From an uncultured Thermoleophilia bacterium (GTDB lineage: Bacteria; Actinomycetota; Thermoleophilia; UBA2241): a DNA stretch of 64,000 nucleotides. The translations under genes were made by a program, and so were the position numbers. This document shows positions 23,874-33,761 of the stretch, in pieces. The notes beneath the pieces were generated by a model. That model was not told the origin of the DNA. It saw nothing but the letters and a program-made list of their open reading frames with translations, and made no database searches. The stretch covers positions 352,001 through 416,000 of the forward strand of contig CAVPCT010000003.1 in the NCBI GenBank assembly GCA_963702475.1, in the 5' to 3' direction. Every line of letters starts with the position of its first letter. Position 1 is the first letter of the stretch.

Positions 23874-25178
23874 TCAGGGCTCTGCAAGCGAGGACAGGTG
23901 CGTGGCGAGGCTTGGCCCGCCCTTGGGCAGTCCCAGCTTGCGGCGGATGCCCGCGCGGTGGAACGACACCGCGGAGCGTGAGACGTGCAGCGCCTCGGCG
24001 ATCTCGGCGCTCGTCTTGCCGAGGCGCACCAGGTTGGCCACCTCGCGCTCGCGGCGCGTGAGCGGCTCGCCGCCGCTGCCCGGTAAGCTCAGGTGCTGCC
24101 CGAACGGCCCGACGATCTCGCGCAGGTTCACACGAAGTGCCTCGAGCTCGAGACGCTCGGGCCGGTGCCGCAGCGCCCGGCCGAGGCGCTCGATGGTCGG
24201 CTCGAGCAGCTGCTCCACGTTGTGCACGACACGCTGCTCGAGCTCGCGGTTGTCCTGCTCGCGCTGCTCCAGAAGCACGCGCAAGGCCGTGTTGCGCTCG
24301 TCGAGGATGGTCGCCTGACGGCGGAGCGCCCGCTCGGAACGGGCCAGGTCGTCCTGCATCGCCTTCTGCTCCGTGATGTCCGTGCCGAGCAGGAAGTGCG
24401 CCCTGCGGCCCTCGATGTGGCAGGGGATCACGGTGAGCAGCAGGCTCTTCTTCTCGCCGTGTACGTCAGACTCCACCTCGAGCTCGGTCGTGACCTCGGG
24501 ATCCTCCCGGTAGCCCGTGACGAGGTCGACGACCTCGGGCGGAAAGTCATCGCGCACCGAGCAGCGGAGCATCTCCTCGCGCGAGCGGCGGAAGAACGAG
24601 AGTGCATAGGCGTCGGCGTCCACGTAGGCGCCCGACCCGTCGACCTGCAGGGCCGGGCTCGGTAGCCGGAAGAGCACGCTGCGCAGCTCCTCGACCTCGC
24701 GGGCCATGTCCCGGGCGCGCAGCTCGTGCGTGACGTCTCGCATGGCGCCGATCATGTTGGTCGGACGGCCGCCGCGGCCCGTGAGGAGCACGGCCTGGTC
24801 GCTGAAGACGAGCCAGCGGCCGTCCCTGTGCTGCATGCGGTACTCGGCGTGGAACGGCCTGCCGCCCTCAATGCTGCCGGCCAGCCCATCCATGACAGCC
24901 TCTCGGTCGTCGGAGTGGACGCATTCGAGCCAGCCGTCCAGGGCCCGCGGAAAGGCGCCGGGGTCGAGGCCGAGGAGCTCGTCGATCTGCTCCGAGAACG
25001 AGATCGCACCTGTCTCGAGATCCCAGTCGTAGAGGACGTCGAACGTGACCTGCAGGAAGGCCTGGAGGCGAGGGTCCTTCGCGGTGATGGGAGGGCGCGA
25101 TCGTTGCCCGTCCACAGCTGGGCGGTCTCGGGCACGGAGGATCCGGCGGAGCGCAGGAGGCACGTGGATACTAGGCAT
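23874..25178 (-). CDS. PAS-PAS-LuxR transcriptional regulator
   Basis: PAS/PAC (VHSDD, EYRM, G...DVT, DITEQK), coiled coil NTALRVLL, LTRREREVA...IRRKLGL. Confidence 0.88.
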   Translation of the reverse strand: MPSIHVPPALRRILRARDRPAVDGQRSRPPITAKDPRLQAFLQVTFDVLYDWDLETGAISFSEQIDELLGLDPGAFPRALDGWLECVHSDDREAVMDGLAGSIEGGRPFHAEYRMQHRDGRWLVFSDQAVLLTGRGGRPTNMIGAMRDVTHELRARDMAREVEELRSVLFRLPSPALQVDGSGAYVDADAYALSFFRRSREEMLRCSVRDDFPPEVVDLVTGYREDPEVTTELEVESDVHGEKKSLLLTVIPCHIEGRRAHFLLGTDITEQKAMQDDLARSERALRRQATILDERNTALRVLLEQREQDNRELEQRVVHNVEQLLEPTIERLGRALRHRPERLELEALRVNLREIVGPFGQHLSLPGSGGEPLTRREREVANLVRLGKTSAEIAEALHVSRSAVSFHRAGIRRKLGLPKGGPSLATHLSSLAEP

Positions 25179-25339
25179 AACCTGGTAGTCACCTCGTAGT
25201 TTACTGGTCTTGCTCCCGGCGATTCTGGCGATAGATTGCGAGCAAGTCAACGCAGCGACATCGCTCCTTCCCGGGCATTTGTCCCGACTCCGGCACCAGA
25301 GCGGCAGGACACCGTACAACGGCGCGATGGGAGGCAGAC

Positions 25340-25686
25340 ATGGAGCTACACCACGTATCCGCGGCGGAGATCGCGACAGAGCCCCTGGACGTGGGGCCCG
25401 ACAGCAAGCTGCAGCTGGTGGACATCTTCGACCGTACCCAGGGGGCTCCGTTCTGCGCCGGGGTCTGCGAGGTGTTCCTGGCGCCCCCGTGGACTTCGAC
25501 TACGACGACGATGCCGCAGCGTGCTACATGCTGGAGGGCGACATCCTCCTCAGCGAGAACGGGGAGACGCGGGCGTTCAAGCCCGGGGACGTGGTCTACA
25601 TCCCCCAGAAGAAGGGCCTGGTCGTGTACTGGAGCACTGAGTCCTACGGCCGCTTCTTCTACGTCACGTATCCGCACTGGCGATGA
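25340..25686 (+). CDS. EutQ-like cupin; apparent one-base frameshift at ~25478
   Basis: RBS GGAGG; MELHHV...CAGVCEVF joins PGAPVDFDYDDD...LEG...PGDVVYIP...FFYVTYPHWR. Confidence 0.75.
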
Positions 25687-25773
25687 GGCGGGCGCCCGTC
25701 GTCGCGCGCGGAAGGCGGTCGCCGGTGACAGCTCGCGCGCAGTCCGTTCAGCCATCACTCACGGGGGGTAGCC

Positions 25774-27450
25774 GTGGCAACGGAACCTGAGCATCACGCC
25801 ACCACATGTTCCACGACGAGATGGACGCGCAGCACAAGCGCGACACCGAGCAGTTGGCCAAGTTCGGCTACACCCAGGAGCTCAAGCGCTCGCTCGGCTT
25901 CTTCTCCACCTTCGCCATCGCCTTCAGCTTCATCTCGGCGACCAACGGCTTCTACGCGCTCTTCTACTTCGGCCTGGACGTCGGCGGCCCGGCCGGCCTG
26001 ATCTGGCAGTGGCCGATGATCGTGTTCGGCCAGTTCATGGTCGCTCTGGTGTTCGCCGAGGCCGCCTCGCATTACCCGCTGGCCGGCGGTGTGTACCAGT
26101 GGGCCAAGCGGTTCATGGGCGGGAGCTATGGCTGGTTCGTGGCCTGGCTGTTCGCGGCGGCGCTTCTGGTGACGGTCGCGGCGGTCGCCTTCGGAGTGGC
26201 GCCGATCGTCTGCTCGCTCATGGGCTGGGATGCAAGCAACGCCACCACGCTGCTCTGGATCGCCATCGCCTTCGCCCTTGGCCCGATGATCCTGAACATC
26301 CTGAGCGTCAAGGTGACGGCCTTCTTCAACAACATCGGGACCGTCACCGAGATCATCGGGCTGGTGGTCATCGCCATCGCGTTGTACGCCGCCGTCATCT
26401 TCGGCAAGGGCGACCATCAGACCCTGGGCGTACTCTTCGATACCACGCCGGCGCCGGCCCCGGAGCCCTGTTCGGGTACGGCAGCATCTTCCTTGCGAGC
26501 ATGCTCACGGGCGCGTGGGTGCTGTACGGGTTCGACTCGGCGGGCGGTCTCGCCGAGGAGACCGTCAACCCGACACGTGAGGTGCCGCGGGCCATGCTGT
26601 TCGCGATCGGCATCACCGCCGTGCTCAGCGCGTTCTGGCTGGTTTCTATGGTCCTGGCCATCCCGGACGTCGCCGAGACGCAGGCGCAGGGGACGGGCGC
26701 GATCGCGTACATCTTCGATGCGCACTTCCCGACCTGGGTCACGGACCTCTTTCTCGTGGCGGTGATTGTGGCGATCTTCGTGTGCTGCCTGGCGATCCAA
26801 GCTGCTACGACGCGCCTGCTGTTCGCCTACGGTCGTGACAAGATGATCCCCGCCTCCAGGTTCTTCGCCTACGTGCATCCCAGCACGCGCACGCCGATGA
26901 CCTCTGCCATCTTCGTGGCCGTGGCCGCAGTCGTGGTGCTGCTCTACGTGAACCTCGGCGGCAGCGACCCCTTCCTCGCCATCGCCCGCGTCACCGCGTG
27001 GGCCACCGCAGGCACCTACATCGCCTACCAGATGGTCGTCTTCGGCGGCCTCGTGGCGAGATCAAGGGCTGGCCCAAGGAGAAGGCGTACTTCAACCTCA
27101 AGGGTTGGGGCTGGCCGGTCAACATCCTCGCGCTCATCTACGGCGTCTTCATGATCATCAATCTGGCGTGGCCGCGGACGCCCGACGCTGCCTGGTACGA
27201 CAACTACCTGGTCGTCGTCTCGCTGGCCGTCGTGCTCATCGCCGGCATCATCGTGTACGTCATCCAGCGGGCGCGTGGCGTCGACCTGAGCGTGACCATC
27301 CACGAGATCGACGAGTCGCCGGCCGAAGCCGTCGCGGTCGAGGCGATGGCGGCAGGTGAAGCCGGCCGCATGCTGAACACCGATGTGGTCACAGAGATGC
27401 AGCAGATGTCCGCAGACGACGATCCTGGGAAGGGAGGGATCACTTCGTAG
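25774..27450 (+). CDS. APC-family amino acid/amine permease; apparent frameshifts (~25800, ~26445, ~27062)
   Basis: GYTQELKRSL.FFS.FA.AFS, YPLAGGVYQW, YGFD.A..LAEET.NP, RLLFAYGRD, TP across three frames. Confidence 0.85.
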
Positions 27451-27661
27451 CGGTCGTGTGAGCGGGTCGGGGCGAGCGGCCGTCGGGCCGCCTCGCCGGC
27501 GTTCCGGCCCACGACAACGCCGCCTCAGGGCGGCGGGACGGAGGTGCGGCGGGCGGCGGCCGGATGGCCGCCGCCCCCGCGTCGGGGCCGGGCGGCATGA
27601 GTGCGCAGCTCACGCCGCCCGGCCCCGGGCACCTCCGCGGACACCGCCTCCGCCTTGCGTT

Positions 27662-27847
27662 TACGACGACGACGCTGCCGTCTGCTACATGCTCGAAGGC
27701 GACATCAGCCTCACCGAGGACGGTGAGTCGCGGTCCTTCCAGCCTGGGGACATCGTGTACATCCCTCAGCAGAAGGGGCTGGTCGTCTACTGGAGCACGC
27801 AGACGTACGGCAGGTTCTTCTACGTCACGTATCCTCACTGGCGCTGA
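27662..27847 (+). pseudogene. C-terminal half of a second EutQ-like cupin
   Basis: YDDDAAVCYMLEGDISLTEDGESRSFQPGDIVYIPQQKGLVVYWSTQTYGRFFYVTYPHWR closely matches the 25340 cupin; no N-terminal half or start upstream. Confidence 0.75.
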
Positions 27848-27870
27848 CGCGGTCCGGCGCGTGAGGCCGA

Positions 27871-27909
27871 GGGCGGGCGGGGGAGCGGTGTACGCTCCCC
27901 CGTCCGCCC
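27871..27909. terminator. GC hairpin after the cupin fragment
   Basis: GGGCGGGCGGGGGAGCG-gtgta-CGCTCCCCCGTCCGCCC (one G-T pair). Confidence 0.55.
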
Positions 27910-28070
27910 CGCGTATTCCGCGATTCCCCAACGCGCTGTCTGGCGCGTCCCGCCGTCGCCACCGCTCCATCGTCCCATCGTCGGTCGCACTCCACTGAGC
28001 ACTCCCGCGTTCCTTGCGTTAGAGTGCGTGTACACTCGAAACGCGGTCACGAGAGGCGGGTGGAGACGGG

Positions 28071-28862
28071 ATGGATGAGCAGCGGGTGGAGCGCGACGAC
28101 CGGCTCCGGGAAGGCGTCGGGCAGGATGGTCCCCTGACGGACGAATCCCAAGGCACTTCGGAGGCGCACGACGGAGCGGATGTCAAGGCCCCGCCGCGCA
28201 TGACGATGCGGTTCTCGCGCAAGCGCGTGCTCGTGCTCGGCGGCGCTTGTGCGGCCGGACTCGTCGGCGTGGTCGCGGGGCTGAGAGCCCTGGGCGGCTC
28301 GGCCGGCTCGGCGGTCTCCTCCGTCGGCGAAGCGGTGAAGGACAGGTTCGGTCCGTTCCCGGTGCGCAGCGTGGACGAGATCGACGAGACGCCCATCTCG
28401 AGGTGGACGGTGCAGGTCGACGGGCTGGTGGACACGCCGCTCACCGTCGACCACGCGCTGTGGACCACGCTGCCGCGACTGGACGAGACGGTCGACTTCC
28501 ACTGCGTCGAGGGCTGGAGCGTGGCGAACGTGAAGTGGGGCGGCGTGGCGCCCAGCGTCCTGCTGGACAGGGCCGGCGTACACCCCGAGGCCAAGTACGT
28601 GATCGTGCACGCGGAATCCGGTGTGTACGTGAGCACGCTCCCGCTCGAGCTCATGCGGGACCCGCAGACCGTGCTCGCCGATATGCTCGCCGAGGAGCCC
28701 CTCCCGCTCAAGCACGGCGGCCCCCTGCGGCTCGTGGTGCCCAAGCAGCTCGGCTACAAGAACGTGAAGTGGGTCTCCCGCCTCGAGGTCACGGACAAGC
28801 CGCAGGCCGGCTACTGGGAGAGCCGCGGCTATCCTGAGGACGCTCCGGCAGGAGCCGGTTGA
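28071..28862 (+). CDS. Sulfite-oxidase-family molybdopterin-dependent oxidoreductase (MsrP-like), exported
   Basis: DFHCVEGWS, WGGV, HGGPLRLVVP..LGYKNVKW, GYWESRGY; SRKR plus hydrophobic Tat-like signal. Confidence 0.88.
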   Translation: MDEQRVERDDRLREGVGQDGPLTDESQGTSEAHDGADVKAPPRMTMRFSRKRVLVLGGACAAGLVGVVAGLRALGGSAGSAVSSVGEAVKDRFGPFPVRSVDEIDETPISRWTVQVDGLVDTPLTVDHALWTTLPRLDETVDFHCVEGWSVANVKWGGVAPSVLLDRAGVHPEAKYVIVHAESGVYVSTLPLELMRDPQTVLADMLAEEPLPLKHGGPLRLVVPKQLGYKNVKWVSRLEVTDKPQAGYWESRGYPEDAPAGAG

Positions 28863-29030
28863 AGAGGTCAGATGCGCCCCAACCTGCCCAAGCTGTAGCG
28901 CTCGGGTGGAGCTCCGGGCGAGGCGCCGTGCCGGGGAGATAGCCATGCGTCGTGGGCTGCATCCCGGGTCTCGCGAAGAGCCGTGGCGGGGTACACTGTG
29001 CGGCGAGTCCACGAGCGTGGGGAGGCCCTG

Positions 29031-29195
29031 ATGAAGTACGTCTGCACCGTCTGTGACTACGTCTACGACCCTGAAGTGGGCGACCCGGACAACGGCATCG
29101 AGCCGGGTACCGCGTTCGAAGACCTGCCGGACGACTGGGTGTGCCCCGAGTGCGGCGTGGAGAAGGAAGAGTTCGCGCCCTTCGTGGAGGATTGA
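29031..29195 (+). CDS. Rubredoxin
   Basis: [14 protein letters not shown]...[14 protein letters not shown]; RBS GGAGG. Confidence 0.97.
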   Translation: MKYVCTVCDYVYDPEVGDPDNGIEPGTAFEDLPDDWVCPECGVEKEEFAPFVED

Positions 29196-29267
29196 CCGAC
29201 TGATCATCTTGGGTGGGGTCAACGCGCGGGGCGCCGGGCCGCAGGCGCCTCGCCGCCCCTCGCGCGT

Positions 29268-30500
29268 TCAGGGGGTCGCGGATGCGGCCGGCGACGCAGT
29301 CGCCCCGGCCGTGAGCTGCTCGAAGCCCTCGGCCAGCGACAGGAGCTCCTGGCGGGTGAGGGCGCCGGTGACGTAGACGGCCCGGCGTCCGTTGCCGACC
29401 AGCAGCGTCGGTCCGGTGGCCGCGTACCACGTGGCGGCGGTCCGCCCGGCGAAGACCCCGTACTCGAGCGGCGTCTGCTCGAACGACAGCGCCGTGGCGC
29501 GCGCGGTCTCCAGGGCGCTCTCGAAGGCGGCTGGAGACGTCGTCGGGCCGACCTGGCGGACCTCGAACCAGGTGAGGCCGCGCGTGAACAGCTGGACTAT
29601 CTGGCGCGCGGAGCCGGCTCCCGTACTCCCGCCTGTCTCGGAGCCCCACACCGCCGGCGCGTCGCCGGCCGCCGCCGTGGCGACCGCGGCCTGCACGAAG
29701 CCGTCGGGCGCGAGGCTGGAGACGAGCGGGTCGAAGCCGGCGGCCTCGCCGGCGGCCGCCGAGGACCGCTCGTAGGTGTAGGTGCGGTCCACCGTGACGG
29801 TGGCCGGAGCGGTGGTCCCCAGAGTCGAGGCGCCGGGCGAGGGCGTGCCGTCGAGAGTCGCCCAGTCGACGCCGGCGGCGAACGTGGAGGAACCGTCGGT
29901 CCACCAGGTCACGAGTCCGGACGACTGGTCCACGACCAGCTCCTGGGTCGCGCCGTCGAGCTTCAGCGCGGCACGCCACACCTCGCGCCCATCCTGTTCG
30001 AGCGGTTTGATGCCGACGCTCGTGTCGCCGTCCTCGACTGCCGCTCTGACGATGGCGGACAGGCCCTGGAGCTCGAGTGGCGAGTGAGTACTCAGGCGCC
30101 AGACGGGGGGCCAGGCGCCGACGGTGACGGCGCCGCCGCGCTCCGCCCCGTCCACGGTGGTCCATTCGCTGCGTCTTCCGGCGTCGTAGGAGGATGAGAC
30201 CAGAGCGGTGCTCTCGTCGTCCGGGCGGAACGCACCGGTCGCGTCCCCTCCGGCGGTCGCCGCGAACGCGCCCCCGCCGGCGCGCCCTGCTCCGTCAGCG
30301 GACGCGCTCTGCCACGTGTAGGTCCCGCTCGCACTGCGCAGGACGGGCGCCGGCGGCTGCGGCGGCGTCCGGATGATGAAGACGTAGGCCAGCACGAACA
30401 GCACTGAGAACGCCAGCAGCATGGTGGAGAGGCCGTGTGGGCGGGTGTGCGCCCGGGCCGCCCGGATGCGCTGGCTGGTACGGCGCGGTGGTTCGATCAT
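29268..30500 (-). CDS. Membrane-anchored extracytoplasmic protein, LolA/RseB-like (paralog of the 35199 protein)
   Basis: N-terminal TM helix; C-terminal blocks align with the anti-sigma candidate at 35199-36620. Confidence 0.7.
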   Translation of the reverse strand: MIEPPRRTSQRIRAARAHTRPHGLSTMLLAFSVLFVLAYVFIIRTPPQPPAPVLRSASGTYTWQSASADGAGRAGGGAFAATAGGDATGAFRPDDESTALVSSSYDAGRRSEWTTVDGAERGGAVTVGAWPPVWRLSTHSPLELQGLSAIVRAAVEDGDTSVGIKPLEQDGREVWRAALKLDGATQELVVDQSSGLVTWWTDGSSTFAAGVDWATLDGTPSPGASTLGTTAPATVTVDRTYTYERSSAAAGEAAGFDPLVSSLAPDGFVQAAVATAAAGDAPAVWGSETGGSTGAGSARQIVQLFTRGLTWFEVRQVGPTTSPAAFESALETARATALSFEQTPLEYGVFAGRTAATWYAATGPTLLVGNGRRAVYVTGALTRQELLSLAEGFEQLTAGATASPAASATP

Positions 30501-30536
30501 GGCGTGACGCGGGCGTGCGGACCGCTCGGCGGGCGC

Positions 30537-30677
30537 TCAGCGCCCGCTCTTCGACCCGCCGACGAAGAACAGCGGAAGGAAGAGGAACGTGAACCCGAAC
30601 TTGCGCGAGACGAAGAGCGTGAGGGCGGCGATGAGGAGCGCCGCGCCCAGCATGACGAGCGTGCGGTTCAGGTCCAT
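30537..30677 (-). CDS. 46-aa small two-TM membrane protein
   Basis: Manual translation MDLNRTLVMLGAALLIAALTLFVSRKFGFTFLFLPLFFVGGSKSGR*; strong GC3 bias; below the ORF-track cutoff. Confidence 0.7.
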   Translation of the reverse strand: MDLNRTLVMLGAALLIAALTLFVSRKFGFTFLFLPLFFVGGSKSGR

Positions 30678-30950
30678 GGCGACAGCGTGACGGGCGCGGC
30701 GGCGCTACGCAAGCCGCGCCTCCGCGGGAGCGCTGTCGGCGACGTCGCGCCGGGCGCTGTGAGGTGCATGCTTCTTCCGCCCCGGCCCAGGCATCATCAC
30801 CCCGTCGGCATCCTCAGCGTTCGTTGCAGAATACAACCATCGCAGAGGCGTCTGACGTCGAGTCTGCTGGGTCTGCCGGTGGCGGCGCGACCGCGGCGTG
30901 TGATTACCTTGGGGTCAGTCTCAGTGGCACCCGCCCCGAGGAGGAAGGGC

Positions 30951-32420
30951 GTGAAACGCAATCTGTTCGCGGGCCAGCGCCGCACCAGCGGCATCGGCCT
31001 CACCATGTTCAGCGACGACGAGCTCCGTATGATCCACCGCGGCACGCTCGTCGTCCTCGAGCGCACCGGCATCTGGGTGGAGCTGGACGAGGCGCTCGAC
31101 ATCTTCAGCGACGGCGGCTGCAGGGTCGACCGGGAGTCGCACATCGTCAGGATCCCGCCGCACATCGTGGAGGACTGCATCGCCGCCGCCCCCGAGGCCG
31201 TGGCGCTGTGCGGCCGCGACCCGAGGAACGACATCCTGCTCGAGCCCGGGCGCGTGGGCTTCAGCAACTTCGGCGAGGGCATCAAGGTCATCGATCCCTA
31301 CACCGGTGAGCTGCGGCCGTCCACCAAGAAGGACCTCGGCCAGATCGCCCGCCTGGTCGACGCGCTGCCCGACATCGACGTGTTCGAGATGGCCGTGGTC
31401 AGCGGCGACAAGCCGCCCGAGACGTTCTCGCTGCACAACCACGAGGCGGCGATCGTCAATCAGACGAAGCCCATCTCCGGCGGGGCCCAGGATGGCCGCG
31501 CCGTGCACACCACCGTCGAGATGCTGGCGGCCGTGCAGGGCAGCGAGGATGCGGTGCGCGAGCGCCCCATGATGGTCATGGGCACCTGCCCGGTGAGCCC
31601 GCTCAAGCTGGTCAAGGACTTCTGCGAGATCGTCATCGAGGCGGCGCGCGTCGGGCTGCCGTCCTGCGTGCTCAGCATGGCGATGGCCGGCGGCTCGTCG
31701 CCGGTGACGCTGGCCGGGACGCTCGTGACGCACAACGCCGAGGTGCTGGCCGGCCTCGTGCTCGCGCAGCTGACCGAGCGCGGCAGCAAGGTCCTGTACG
31801 GCTCGTCCACCACGGCCATGGACCTGCGGCTGGTCACGGCCTCCGTCGGCTCCCCCGAGTGCGCTCTCATCAGCGCCGGAGCGGCCGCGCTCGCGAAGCA
31901 GTACCGCCTGCCCAGCTACATCGCCGGGATGTAGGGCGACGGCAAGACCAGTGACGTGCAGACCGGTCACGAGAAGACCCTCACGGCTCTGATGGCGGCG
32001 TTGGCAGGGACCAACCTCATCTACGGGTCGGGCATGATCGAGTCGGGCGTCACCTTCGACTTCGCGCAGCTGGTCATCGACGACGAGATCGCGCGCATGG
32101 TCAAGCAGGTGGTCGGCGGCGTGCGCGTGGACGACGAGACGCTGGCGGTGGACGACATCGCCTCGGTCGGCTCGTTCGGCGACTTCCTCAGCCTGGACGC
32201 GACCATGGCGCACATGCGCGAGCAGTCGCAGCCCCGGCTCATGGACAGGCGCGTGCGCGAGGAGTGGGAAGAGGCGGGGAGCCCCGGCATGTACGAGCGC
32301 GCCCACGCCAGGGCACGCGACATCCTCGAGAACCACAGGCCGGAGCCGCTGCCCGACGACGTGCGGCAGCGGGTCCGCGACATCGTCGACCGTGAGGACA
32401 GGGCGGCCGGCAGGGCCTGA
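30951..32420 (+). CDS. mttB: Trimethylamine:corrinoid methyltransferase MttB, predicted pyrrolysine at the in-frame TAG 31932-31934 (codon 328; 489 aa)
   Basis: RBS GAGGAGGAAGG; MKRNLFAG...FSDDEL..IH..TL.VL, SPL, MAMAGGSSPVTLAGTLVTHNAEVLAG, GSPE..LIS, AGM*GDGK...GHEKTLT, G.N.IYGSGM; frame continues after TAG. Confidence 0.95.
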
Positions 32421-32639
32421 CGGGCGCGCCGGTGAGGGGGCCGGGCGGCGCCTTGCGGCGCCACCCGAAGCATCGTCCTACTGCGGCCGCCGCCGGGGCC
32501 GCCGCGGCCGCGCCCCCGGCGGCGGCCGCCGACGTGTCCGACCCGCTGCAGGCGGCGAGGACGAGCGCCGCCGCGGCTTCGAGGCCGGCGCTCATGGCCA
32601 CTCCCCGGCGGAGTCTCGATCCCCATCGTCAGCGCATGA

Positions 32640-33674
32640 CTACTTCGCCTTCACGATCACTCCCGCCCAGACCCACGTGTCGCCCGGCGCGAGAGGGCGC
32701 CGCTCCATGAAGTGCCAGAAGGCGCAGTAGTAGAGATCCGCACATGCGCCCGACCCCGAGGACGTCCAGTACTGGAAGTGCTCGATCCCGCCGGGCCCGC
32801 GCACAGCCGTCGATCCGAGGTCCTCCCAAGCCCCGTCCTTGGTGGTCAGGGTGGACCACGAGGAGGAATCGATGCTGCCGTCGCGTCGCCGGTGGCCGAT
32901 CTCCTCGATGAAGCCTTCAAGCCGGCCGCTCACGCGCGGGTCCGACTGCTCGAGGTCAAGGATCCAAGGATCCGAGGTGTCGTATGCCGTCTGTCTCATG
33001 GTGGCGATGCCGACGACCGGCGTCCAGTTCGCCGGCGCCGTGCCGGGGCCGGGGGCCGGCGGCACCGGGCTCCCGTCGGTCGTCTCGATCCAGCCCGCGC
33101 CGACGTACTTGGTACTGGGATTCACCCAGCCCGCGCCGGCCTCCGGGAACCACCAGCACCCGCGCGTGACGAGGCCTGCGTAGTCGCCCGTCCCCCTCGC
33201 GCTGCGGTGGGCGGGTTGGCCTCCCATGTCCGCCGCGCGGCCAGCGATGCCGCCCGTCCACCTGCCCAGCCAGGTCCCGCCCTGGTTGCGCAGGCGCCAC
33301 GTGCCCCGCATGCGGGCGCTCCCGCCTTGGCGCGCTTCGAGGTAGATCACTATGTCGACCCTGCCGCTCAGGCGCGGATCGGAGCTCTCCTGGCGGAGTG
33401 TGCAGACGGTGTACCATTGTCTGCGGCCGCCGATCTGCTTGAAGTCTTCGCGCCTACCGGTCTGCGACTGCGTCCAGACGTAGGGGAGCATGCCGTGGAA
33501 CTCGTGGACGGACGCAGAAGGCGTGACTGCGGCGGACGTGCTGCTCGCCGCCGCCGGCCCTGAGGCCACTCCGCCGGCCGTGCTCGCGCACGCCGTCGCG
33601 CACGCCGTCACCGCTGCCGTGCCCACCAAAAGGCACAGCAGGCTCACCATCCTCGATGCGACCCGGTCCTTCAT
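32640..33674 (-). CDS. Putative lipoprotein with duplicated beta-rich domain (SDPRxSG repeat)
   Basis: Signal with ACA/ACAS; two internal repeats; paralog of the 33762-34799 protein; RBS AGGAAGGAG. Confidence 0.75.
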   Translation of the reverse strand: MKDRVASRMVSLLCLLVGTAAVTACATACASTAGGVASGPAAASSTSAAVTPSASVHEFHGMLPYVWTQSQTGRREDFKQIGGRRQWYTVCTLRQESSDPRLSGRVDIVIYLEARQGGSARMRGTWRLRNQGGTWLGRWTGGIAGRAADMGGQPAHRSARGTGDYAGLVTRGCWWFPEAGAGWVNPSTKYVGAGWIETTDGSPVPPAPGPGTAPANWTPVVGIATMRQTAYDTSDPWILDLEQSDPRVSGRLEGFIEEIGHRRRDGSIDSSSWSTLTTKDGAWEDLGSTAVRGPGGIEHFQYWTSSGSGACADLYYCAFWHFMERRPLAPGDTWVWAGVIVKAK

Positions 33675-33761
33675 GCTCACTCCTTCCTGCTGCCGGACCA
33701 TGTCCTGCGCAACGTGGCGCGGCCGGGCGGCGCCCCCAGGGGCCGCCCGGCTGCGCAGCCG

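Noticed and set aside
25225-25240. Sigma-54 promoter (TGGCGATAGATTGC)
   Set aside because: GG-GC spacing is 9 nt rather than the required 10.
27996-28030. CIRCE element (GCACTC...GAGTGC)
   Set aside because: Spacer is 17 nt instead of 9, flanks do not match, and there is no chaperone gene.
27990-28060. tRNA-Pyl (minus-strand CTCTAA resembling the CUA anticodon loop)
   Set aside because: No anticodon stem, T-arm or acceptor stem can be formed around it.
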